Below, piece by piece: positions 33,316 to 47,800 of a stretch of 64,000 nucleotides of DNA (its first letter is position 1; each line of letters begins with the position of its first letter). The position numbers and the translations under genes are program-made. Source of the stretch: the human T2T-CHM13v2.0 reference genome, Homo sapiens. Below the pieces are notes generated by a model. That model did not search any database and had not been told where the DNA came from. It saw only the letters and a list, made by a program, of their open reading frames with translations. The stretch is from assembly GCF_009914755.1 (NCBI RefSeq), contig NC_060931.1; one strand, given 5' to 3'.

Positions 33316-33981
33316 ATATCTTGACATAAAAACTAGACAGAAGCCTTCTCAGGAACTTCTTTGTGATGTATGCATTCAACTCACAGAGTTGAACATACCT
33401 TTTAATAGAACAGTTTTGAAGCACTCTTTTTCTAGGATCTGCAAGTGGACATTTGGAACATTTTGAGGCCTGTGGTGGAAAAGTAAATATCGTCATATAA
33501 AATCGAGACAGAAGCATTCTCAGAAACTACTTTGTGATGTGTTCATTCAACTCACAGAGTTGAAGCTTTATTTTGATAGAACAGCTTTGTAACACTCTGT
33601 TTGTGGAATCTGCAAGTGGACATTTGGAGAGCTTTGAGGCCTATGGTGGACAAGGAAATATCTTCACATAAAAGCTAAACAGAAACATTCTTAGAAACTT
33701 CTTTGTGATGTGTGCATTCAACTCACACATTTGAACACACCTTCTCATAGAGCAGTTCTGAAACACTCTTTTTGTAATATCTGCAAGTGGATATTTGGGC
33801 AGGTTTGAGGCTTTCATTGGAAAGGGCAATATCTTTCCATAAAATTAGACACAACCATTCTCAGAAAGTTCTTTGTGATGTGAGCATTCAACTCACAGTG
33901 TCCAACCTTTCTTTTAATAGAGTAGTATTAAAACACTCTTTTTGTAGCATCTGCAAGTTGATATTTGGACCACTTTGAGTC

Positions 33982-33998
33982 CTTCGTTGGAAACGGGA
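33982..33998 (+). promoter_or_regulatory. Canonical CENP-B box
   Basis: Exact CTTCGTTGGAAACGGGA. Confidence 0.92.
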
Positions 33999-34674
33999 AT
34001 ATCATCACCTGAAAACTAGAGAGAAGAATGCTCAGTAACTTCGTCGTTATTTGTGCATTCAACACACAGAGTTGAAGCTTCCTTTTGTTAGAGCAGTTTT
34101 GAAACACTCTTTTTGTAGAATCTTCAAGTGGATATATTGAGTGCTTTGCGGCCTTTGGTGGAAACGGGAATATCGTCACATAAAAACTAGACAGAAGCAT
34201 TCTCAGAAACTTCTTTGTGATGTGTGCATTCAACTCACATAGTTGAACCTTCCTTTTGATAAAGCAGATTTGAAACACTATTTTTGTAGAAACTGCAAGT
34301 GGACATTTGGAGGGCTTTGAGGCTTATGGTTGAAACGGGAATAACTTCACCTAAAAATTAGACAGAAGCATTCTCAGAAACTTTTTTGTGATGTGTGCAC
34401 TCAACTCACAGAGTTGAAACTTTCGTTTGATAGAGCAGTGTTGAAACACTCTTTTTGTGGAATCTGCAAGTTGATATATGGTGTGCTTTGAGGTCTATGG
34501 AAGAAAAGAAAATATCTTCATATAAAAACTAGACAGAAGCATTCTTCGAAAGTACTTAATGATGTGCACATTCAACCAACAGAGTTGAAACTTTCTTTTG
34601 ATAGATCAGTTTTGAAACACTCTTTTCGTAGAATCTACAATTGGATATACAGAGCAATTTGAGGACTTTGAGGC

Positions 34675-34691
34675 CTTCGTTGGAAACGGGA
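34675..34691 (+). promoter_or_regulatory. Canonical CENP-B box
   Basis: Exact CTTCGTTGGAAACGGGA. Confidence 0.92.
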
Positions 34692-37400
34692 ATATCTTCA
34701 CATAAAAACTAGACAGAAGCATTCTCAGAAACTTCTTTGTGTTGTGTGCATTCAACTCACAGAGTTGAACATACCTTTTGATAGAACAGTTTTGAAGCAC
34801 TCTTTTTGTACAATCTGCTAGTGGACATTTGGAGCACTTTGAGGCCTGTGGTGGAAAAGTAAATATCTTCATATAAAATCGTGACAGAAGCATTCTCAGA
34901 AACTACTTTGTGATGTGTTCATTCAACTCACAGAGTTGAAGCTTTCTTTTGATAGAACAGCTTTGTAACACTCTTTTTGTGGAATCTGCAAGTGGACATT
35001 TGGAGAGCTTTGAGGCCTGTGGTGGAAAAGGAAATATCTTCACATAAAAACTAGACAGAAGCATTATCAGAAATTACTTTGCGATGTGTGCATTCAACTG
35101 ACACATTTGTACACACATTTTCATAGAGCTGTATTGAAACACTCTTTGTAGCATCTGTAAGTGGATATTTGGGCCGCTTTGAGACTTTCATTGGAAACGG
35201 CAATATCTTCACATAAAATTAGACAGAACCATTCTCAGAAACTTCATTGTGATGTGAGCATTCAACTCACGGTGCTGAACCTTTTCTTTAATAGAGTAGT
35301 TTTGAACCATTCTTTTTGTAGCATCTGCAAGTTGATATTTGGACCGCTTTGAGGCCGTCGTTGGAAACGGGAATAGCATCACCTGAAAACTAGAGAGAAG
35401 AATTCACAGTAACTTCTTTGTGATTTATGCATTCAACACACAGAGTTGAAGCTTCCTTTTGATGGAACAGTTTTGAAAAACTCTTCTTGTAAAATCTTCA
35501 AGTCGATATATTGAGCGCTTTGAGGCCTTTGGTGGAAACGGGAATATCTTCACATAAAAACTAGACAGAAGCATTCTCAGAAACTTCTTTGTGATGTGTA
35601 CATTCAGCTCACACAGTTGAATCTTCCTTTTGATAGAGCAGTTTTGAAACAGTCTTTTTGTAGAACCTGCAAGTGGACATTTGGAGGGCTTTGAGGCCTA
35701 TGGTTGAAACGGGAATATCTTCACATAAAAATTAGCAGAAGCATTCTCAGAAACTTCTTTGTGATGTGTACGTTCAACTCAGAGAGTTGAACCCTTCTTT
35801 TGATAGAGCAGTGTTGAAACACTCTTTTTGTAGAATCTGTAAGTGGATATATAGTGTGCTTTGAGGCCTATGGAGGAAAAGGAAATATCTTCACATAAAA
35901 GATAGAAGGAAACATTCTCAGAAACTTCGTTGTGCTGTGTGCTTTCTACTCACATAGTTGAAATTTTCTTCTGATACTGCAGTTTTGAAACAGTCTTTTT
36001 GAGGAATCTTCAAGTGGGCATTTTGAGGGCTTTGGGGACTATTGTGGATAAGGAAATATCTTCACATAAAAACTAGACAGAAGTGCTCTCAGAAACTTCA
36101 TTTTGATGTGTGCATTCAACCCCCAAAGTAGAACCTTCCTTTTATAGAGAAGTTTTGAAACAGTCTTTTTGTAGAGTCTGCAAGTGGACATTTGGAGCGC
36201 TTTGAAGCTTTCATTAGAAACAGGAATATCTTCACATAAAAACTAGACAGAAACATTCTCAGAAACTTCTTTTTGATGCGAGCATTGAACTTACAGAGCT
36301 GAAACTTCCTTTTGATTGAGCAGTTTTGAAAAACTTTTTTTGTATTATCTGCAGGTGGATATTTGGGGCTCTTTGAATCCTTCATTGGAAACGGGAATAT
36401 CTTCACATAAAAACTAGAAAGAAGCATTCTCAGAAACCAGTTTGTGATGTGTGCTTTCAACTTCGTTGAACCTTCGTTTTGATAGAGCAGTTTTGAAATA
36501 CTTATTTTGTAGAATCTGCAAGTGGATATTTGGAGCGAATTGAAGCCTTCATTGAAAATGGGAATATCTTCACATAAAAACTAGAGAGAAGCATTCTGAG
36601 AACCTACTTTGTGATGTGTGCATTCAACTCACAATGTTTAACGTTCCTTTTGATAGAGCAGTTTTGAAACACTCTTTTGTAGAATGTGCATATGGATATT
36701 TGGAGCGAATTGAAGCCTTCGTTGGAAATGGGCATATCTTCATATAAAAACTAGACAGAAACATTCTCAGAAACTTCTTTGTGATGTGTGCATTCAACTC
36801 ACAGAGCTGAACCTTCCCTTAGATGGAGGAGTTTTGAAACACTCTTTTTGTAGAATCTGCAAGTGGAAATTTGGACTGCTTTGAGACCTACGGTAGAACA
36901 AGAAAAATCTTCATATAAAATCTACACTGAAGCATTCTCAGAAACCACTTTGTGATGACTGTATTCTACTCCCAGAGTTGAACCTTTCTTTTAATAGAGC
37001 AGTTTAGAAACACTCTTTTTGTAGAATCTGCATGTGGACATTTGGAGCACTTTGAAGCCTCCGTTGGAAACATGAATATCTTCACATAAAAACTAGACAG
37101 AAACATTCTCAGAAACTTCTTTGTGATGTGTGCATTCAACTCACAGATTTCAACCTTCTTTTTGATAGAGCAGTTTTGAAACACTCTTTTTGTAGAATCT
37201 GCAGGTGAACATTTGGAGCTCTTTGGGGCCTTCCGTGGAAAAGGATATACCTTCATATTAAAACTAGGCAGAAGCATTCTGAGAAACTTCTTTGTGATGA
37301 GTGCATTCAACTCAAAGAGTTGAAGTTTCCTTTTGATAGAGCAGTTTTGAAACACTCTTTTTGTAGAATCTGCAGGTGTATATTTGGAGCGCTTTGAAAC

Positions 37401-37417
37401 CTTCGTTGGAAACGGGA
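37401..37417 (+). promoter_or_regulatory. Canonical CENP-B box
   Basis: Exact CTTCGTTGGAAACGGGA. Confidence 0.92.
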
Positions 37418-38842
37418 ATATCTTCACATAAAAATTACACAGAAACATTCTCAGAAATTTCTTTGCAATGTGTGCTTTCAACTTACAGAACTGAACCTTT
37501 CTTTTGATAGTGCAGTTTTGAAACACTCTTTTTATAGAATCTGCAGTTGGACATTTGGAGCTCTTTTAGGCTTGCAGTGGAAAAGGAAATATCTTCACAT
37601 TAAAACTAGACATAAGCATTCTCAGAAACTTCTTTGTGATGTGTGCATTCAACTCACAGAATTGAATCTTCATACAAAAACTAGACAGAAGCATTCACAG
37701 AAACTACTTTGTGATGTGTCCATTCTACTCTCACAGTTGAAACTTTCTTCTGATAGAGCAGATTGGAAACAGTCTTTGTGAAGAATCTTCAAGTGGGCAT
37801 TTGGAGGGCTTTGACAGCTATTGTCAAAAAGGAAATATCTTCACATAAAAAGTAGACAGAAGTATTCTCATAAAATTCATTTTGATGTGTGCATTCAACT
37901 CACAAAGTAGAACTTTACTTTCGATAGAGCAGTTTTGAAACACTCTTTTTGTAGAATCTGCAAGTGGATATTTGGAGCACTTTGAAGCTTTCATTGAAAA
38001 CTGGAATATCTTCACTTAAAAACTAGATGGAAGCATTCTCAGAAACTTCTTTCTGTTGTGTGCATTGAACCCACAGAGCTGAACTTTTCTTTTTATAGAA
38101 CAGTTTTGAAACACTCTTTTTGTAGCATCAGCAGGTGGATATTTGGAGCGCTTTGAAGCCTTTGTTGGAAACGGGAATATCTTCACATAAAAACTAGACA
38201 GAAGCATTCTCACAAACTTATTTGTGATGTGTGCATTCAACTTACAGAATTGAACCTTCCTTTTGATAGAGCAGTTTTGAAACACTCTTTTTGTACAATC
38301 TGCAATAGGATATTTTGAGCTCTTTGAAGCCTTCATTGGAAATGGGAATATCTTCACATAAAAACTAGACAGAAGCATTCTCAGAAACTTCTTTGTGATG
38401 CTTGCATTCAACTCACAGATTTGAACGTTCCTTTTGATAGAACAGTTTTGAAACACTCTGTTTGTAGAATCTAAAAGTGGGTATTTTGAGTGCATTGAGG
38501 CCTGTGGTAGAAAAGGAAATATCTTCAGATAAAAACTAGACAGAAGCATTCTCAGAAGCGACTTTGTGATGTGTGCATTCTACTCCCATAGTTGAACCTT
38601 TCTTTTGATAGAGCAGTCTGGAAACACTCTTTTTGTCGAATCTGCAAGTGGACATTTGGAGCGCTTTGAAGGCTATGGTGGAAAAGGAAATATCTTCACA
38701 TAAAAACTAGATGGAAGCATTCTCAGAAACTTCTTTGTGTTGTGTTCATTCAACTCACATAGTTGAACTTTACTTTTGATAGAGCAGTTTGGAAGCCCTT
38801 TTTTATTAAGTCTGCAGGAGGATATTTGGAGCTCTTTGAATC

Positions 38843-38859
38843 CTTCGTTGGAAACGGGA
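38843..38859 (+). promoter_or_regulatory. Canonical CENP-B box
   Basis: Exact CTTCGTTGGAAACGGGA. Confidence 0.92.
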
Positions 38860-39394
38860 ATAGCTTCATATAAATACTAGAAAGAAGCATTCTCAGAAAC
38901 CACTTTGTGATGTGTGCATTCAACTCACACAGTTGAACCTTCCTTTTGATAGAGCAGTTTGGAAACACTCTTTTTGTAGAATGTGCATGTAGATATTTGT
39001 ACCGAATGGAAGCCTTCATTTGAAATAGGAATATCTTCACCTAAAAACTAGATGGAAGCATTGTCAGAAAGTCCTTTGTGATGTGTGCATTCAACTCACA
39101 GAACTGAACCTTCCTTCAGACAGAGAAGTTTTGAAACACTCTTTTTGTAGAATCTGCATTTACATCTTTGGAGCGCTTTGAAGTCTTCGTTGGAAACGCA
39201 AATATCTTCACATAAAAACTAGACAGAGCCATTCTCAGAAAATTATTTGTGATGTGTGCATTCAACTCACAGAGTTGAACCATCTTTTTGATAGAGCAGT
39301 TTTGAAACAGTCTTTTTGTAGAATCTGGAGGCGCATATTTAGAGTGCTTTGAAGCCTTCCTTGGAAACGGGATTATCTTCACATAAAAACTAGA

Positions 39395-41870
<2,476 letters not shown>

Positions 41871-44800
41871 AAACTAGTCAGAATCATTCTGAGAAGCTTC
41901 TCTGTGATGTGTGTATTCAACTCACAGAGTTAAACATATCTTTTGATGGAGCAGTTCAGAATCTCTCTTTTTGTAGAATCTGCAAGTGGATATTTGGAGC
42001 TCTTTGCATCCTAGGGTTGAAAAGGAAATATCTTCACGTAAAAAGTACACATAATCATTCTCAGAAATTTCTTCATGATATGTGCATTCAACTCACAGAG
42101 TTGAACATATATTTTGATGGAGCAGTTTTGAATCTCTCTTTTTGTACAATCTGACAGTGGATATGTGGAGAGCTATGACGCCTACTGTGTATAATCAAAT
42201 AGCTTCATACGAAAACTACACAGAAGCATTCTGAGAATCTTCTTTTTGATGTGTGCATTCATATCACAGACGTGAACCTTTCTTTTGATTGAGCCCATTT
42301 GAAATACACTTTTTGTAGTATCTGCAGGTGGATATTTGTTGCCCTTTACCCCCTATGGTGGAAAAGGAAATATCTTCAAATAAAAACTACACAGAAGCAT
42401 TCAGAGAAACTCCTTTATGATGTATGCATTCACCTCACGGAGTTGAACCTAACTCTTGATTGAGCAGTCTTGAATGTCTTTTTTTGCAGAATCTGCAGGT
42501 GGCTATTTGGTGCCTTTTGAGGCCTGCTGTGGGACAGCAAATATCTTCACATAAAAACTACACAGAAGCATTCTGAGAAACTTCATTGTGATCTGTCCAA
42601 TCAACTCACAGAGTGGAACCTATCTTTTGAATGAGCAGTTTTAAATCTCTCCTTTTACAGATTCTGCAAGTGGATGTTCGGAGAGCTTTGAGGCCTATTG
42701 TGGAAAAGGGAATATCTGAGAAGCATTCTGAGAAACTTCTTTGGGAGGTGTGCGTTCAACTCACAGAGATGAACTTATCTTCTCATTGAGCAGTTTTGAA
42801 TCTTACTTCCTGTAGAATCTGCAAGAAGGTATTTGGAGCGCTTTGAGGCCAACCGTGGAGAAGCAAATATATTCAGGTAAAAACTACACAGAAGCATTCT
42901 TGGAAACTTCTTTGTGATGCGCGTATTCGTCTCACAGAGTTGAACCTTTCTTTTGATTGAGCAGTTTTGAAACACTCTTTTTGAAGAATCTGCAAGTGGA
43001 TATTTGGAGCCTTTTGAGGCCTGTTGTGGAAAAGGAAATATCTTCACATAAAAGCTACACAGAGGCATTCTGAGAAACTTCTTGTGATGTGTGCATTCAA
43101 CTCACAGAGTTAAACCTATCTTTTGATTGAGCAGTGAAAAACTCTTTTTTTGTAGATTGTGCAAGTGTATATTTGGAGCCCTTTGAGTCCTATTGTGGAA
43201 GGGAAATATCTTCACATAAAAACTACTCAGAAACATTCTGAGAAACTTCTTTGTGATGTGTGCATTCAACTCACTGATTTGTACCTATCTTTTGATTAAG
43301 CAGTTTAGAATCTCTTTTTGTGTAGAATCTGCATTTGGTATTTTTACCCCTTTGCACCCTCTGGTGAAAAAAGAAATATCTTCAAATAAAAACTACCCAG
43401 AAGCATTCTCAGAAACTTCTTGGTTGTGTGTGCTTTCAACTCACAGAGTTGAAACTGTCTTTTGAGAGATCAGTTTTTAATCTCTCTTTTTGCAGAATCT
43501 GCAAGTGGATGTTTGGAGAGCTATGAGGCCTATTGTGGAAATGGAAATATCTCTACATGAAAACCACAGAGAAGCATTCTGAGAAGCTTCTTTGTGAGCT
43601 GTGCATTCAACTCACCGAGTAGAATTTAGCTTCTAAAAGAGTACTTTTGAATCTCTGTTTTTGTAGTATCTGCAATTGGATATTTGGAACCCTTTGCACC
43701 CTGTAGTGGAAAAGGAAATATCTTCAAATAAAAACTACACAGAAGCATTCTCAGAAACTTCTTCGTGATGTCTGCATTCAACACACACTGTTGAACCTAT
43801 CTTTTGATTGAGCAGTTTTGAATCTCTCTTGTGGAAACTGCAAGTGGATATTTGGAGTGATGTGAGGCCTACTGTGGAAAACCAAATACGTTCACATAAA
43901 ACCTACAAAGAATCATTCTGTGAAACTTAGTTGTGATGTGTGCATTTAACTCATAGAGTTGAACCTATGTTTCGTTTAAGCAGTTTGGAATCTCTCTTTT
44001 TGCAGAATCTGCAAATGGATGTTGGGAGAGCTTTGAGGCCTAGAGTGGAAAAGTAAATATCTTCACATGAAAACTACAGAGAAGCATTCTGAGAAACGTC
44101 TTCATGAGGTGTGCATTCAACTCACAGATCTGAAGTTATCTTCTCATTGAGCAGTTTTGAAACTCATCATTTTTAGAATCTGCAAGTTGATATTTGGAGC
44201 CCTTTGCGCCCATTGGTGGAAAAGGAAATATCTTCAAATAAAAACTACATAGAAACATTCTGAGAAGCTTCTTGGTGATGTGTGCCTTCATCTCACAGGG
44301 TTGAACCTATCTTATGATTGAGCAGTTTTGAAACACTCTTTTTGCAGAATCTGCAAGTGGATATTTGGAGCCCTTTGCCGCCTTTGGTGTAAAAGGAAAT
44401 ATCTTCAAATAAAAACTACTGAGAAGCATTCTGAGAAACTTCTTTGTGATGTGTGCATTCACCTCACAGAGTTGAACCTATCTTTTGATTGAGCAGTTTA
44501 GAATCTCTTTTTCTAGAATCTGCAAGTGGATATTTGTAGCGCTGTGAGGCCTACTGGGTAAAATCAAATGTGTTCACAGAAAAACTACACAGCGTTCTCA
44601 GAAACGTCTTTGTGATGTGTGGATTCAACTCACAGAGTTGGACCTATCTTTTGATAGAGCAGATTTGAATCTCTCTTTTGGCAGAATCTGCAATTGGATG
44701 TTTGGAGAGCTTTTATGCCTCTTGTGGAAAAGGAAATATCTTCACATAAAAACTACACAGAAGCACTTTGAGAAACTTCTTTGAGAGGTGTGCATTCAAT

Positions 44801-47800
44801 TCATAGAGTTGAACTTATCTTGTCAGTTAGCAGTATTCCATCTCTCTTTGTGTAGATTCTGCAAGTGGATATTTGGAGCCCTTTGCACCCTGTGGTGGAA
44901 AAGAAATTATCTTCAAATAAAAACTACACAGAAGCATTGAGAGAAACTCCTTTGTGATGTATGCATTCAACTCACAGAGTTGAACATATATTTTCAATGA
45001 GCAGTTTTGAATCTCTCTTTTTGTAGAATCTGCATCTGGTTATTTGGAGCCCTTTGAGGCCTACTGTGGAAAAGCAAATATTTTCAAATAAAAACTACAC
45101 AGAAGCATTCAGAGAAACTTCTTTGTGATGTATGCATAGAACTTACAGAGTTGAACCTATCTTTTGATTGAGCAGTTTTGAATCTCTCTTTTTGCAGAAT
45201 CTGCAGGTGGATATTTGGAGCCCTTTGATGGCTACTGTGGAAAAGCAAATATCTTCAAATAAAAACTACACAGTAGCATTGTGTGAAACTTCTTGGGGAT
45301 GTGTGCGTTCATCTCACAGAGTTGAAACTATATTTTGATTAGGCAGTTTTGAATCTGTCTCTTTGCAGAATCTGCAAGTGCATATTAGGAGCCCTTTGCG
45401 GTCTATGGTGGAAAAGGAAATATCTTCAAATAAAAACTACACAGAAGAATTATCAGAAACTTCTTCATGATGTGTGCATTCAACTCACAGAGTTGAACCT
45501 ATGCTTTGATTCAGCAGTTTTGAATCTCTCTTTTTGGAGAATCTGCAAGTGGGCATTTAGAGCTCTTTGAGGCTTACTGTGGAAAAGCAAATATTTTCAC
45601 ATAAAAACTACAAAGAAGCATTCTGAGGAACTTCTTTTTGATGTGTGCATTCAACTCACAGAGTTGAATCTATACTTTGATTGAGCAGTTTTGAATCTCT
45701 CTTTTTAGAGAATCTCCAAGTGGACATTTGGAGCACTTTGATGCCTATTGTGGAAAAGGAAATATCTTCACATAAAAAGTACTCAGAAGCATTCTGAGAA
45801 ACTTCTTTGTGATGTGTGCATTCAACTCACAGTGTCCAGCCTCTCGTGATTGAGCAGTTTTGAATCTCTCTTTTTGTAGAATCTGCAAGTGGATATTTGG
45901 AGCCCTTTGTGGCCTATGGTGGAAAGGAAATATCTTCCAATTAAAACTACACAGATGCATTCTGAGAAACTTCTCCATGATGTGTGCATTGAACTCACAG
46001 CGTCAAACCTATCTTACGATTGAGCAGTTTTGACACTCTTTTTGTAGAATCTGCAGGTGGATATTTGGCGTGCCTTGAGGCCTATTGTGGAAAAGGAAAT
46101 ATCTTCATATAAAAACTACACAGAAGCATTCTGAGAAACTTCTTTTTGATGTGTGCATTCAATTCACAGAGTTGAATCTTTCTTTTGATTGAACAGTTTT
46201 GAAACACTCTTTTTGTACAATCTGCAAGTGGATAATTGGAGCCCTTTGAGGCCTATTGTGGAAAAGGAAATATCTTCACATAAAAACTACTCAGAAGCAT
46301 GCTGAGAAACTTCTTTGTGATGTGTGCATTCAACTCACAGAGTTGAACCTATCTTTTGATTGAGCAGTTTAGAATCTCTCTGTTTGTAGAATCTGCAAGT
46401 AGGTATTTGGAGCCGTTTGTGCCCTGTAGTGGAAAAGGAAATATCTTCAAATAAAAACTACACAGAAGCATTCTCAGAAACTTCTTCATGATGTGTGCAT
46501 TCACCTCACAGAGTTGAACCTATCTTTTGATTGAGCAGTTTTGAATCTCTCTTTTTGTAGAATCTGCTAGTGGTTATTTGGAGCTCATTGCACCCTATGG
46601 TGGAAATGGAAATATCTTCAAATAAAAACTACACGGAAGCATTCTGAGAAACTTCTTTGAGATATGTGCATTCAACTCACAGAGGTGAACCTATCTTTTG
46701 ATTGAGCAGTTTTCAATCTCTCTTTTTGCAGAATGTGCAAGTGGATATTTGGAGCCCTTTGTGGCTTGTGGTCGAAAAGGAAATATTTTCAAATAAAAAC
46801 TACACAGAAACATTCTGAGAAACTTCTTTGTGATGTATGCATTCATCTCACAGGGTTGAACCTATCTTACGGTTGAGCAGTTTCAAAACACTCTTTTTCT
46901 AGAATCTACATGTGGATATTTGGAGTGCTTTGAGGCCTACCGTGGAAAAGCCAATAACTTCAGATAAATACTACACAGAAGCATTCTGAGAAACTTCGTT
47001 GTGATGTGTGCATTCATCTCACAGAGTTGAACCTTTCTTTTGATGAGCAGTTTTGAAACACTTTTCGTACAATCTGCAAGTGGATATTTGGAGCCTTTTG
47101 AGGCCTTTTGTGGAAAAGGAAATATCTTCACATAAAAACTACACAGAAACATTCTGAGAAACTTCTTTGTCATGTGTGCATTCAATTCACAGAGTTGAAT
47201 CTTTCTTTTGATTGAACAGTTTTGAAACACTTTTTTTGTACAATCTGCAAGTGGATAATTGGAGCCATTTGAGGTCTATTGTGGAAAAGAAAATACCTTC
47301 AATTAAAAACTACTCAGAAGCATTCTGAGAAACTTCTTTGTTATGTGTGCAGTCAACTCACAGAGTTGAACCTATCTTTTTATTGTACAGTTTTGAATCT
47401 CTCTTTTTGTAGAATCTGCAAGTGGATATTTAAAGTGCTGTGAGGCCTACTGTGCAAAATATGTTCACATAAAAACTACACAGAAGCATTCTGAGAAACT
47501 TCTTTTTGATGTGTGCATTCAACTCACAGAGTTGAACCTATCTTCTGATTGAGCAGTTTGGAATCTCTCTTTTTGCAGAATCTGCAAGTGGATGTTAGGA
47601 GAGCTTTTACACCTATTGTGGAAAAGGAAATATCTTCACATAAAAACTACACAGAAGAATTCTGAAAAAATTTTGTGTGGTGTGTATTCAACTCACGGAA
47701 TTGAACATTTCTTTTGATTGAACAGTTTTGAAATACTTTTTGTTGAATCTTCAAGTGGATATTTGGAGTCCTTTGAGGCCTATTGTGGAGAAGGAATTAT

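Noticed and set aside
35356-39375. Additional CENP-B-box-like sites (35356, ~36380, 36717, ~38160, 39185, 39357)
   Set aside because: Each alters the essential TTCG or CGGG core.
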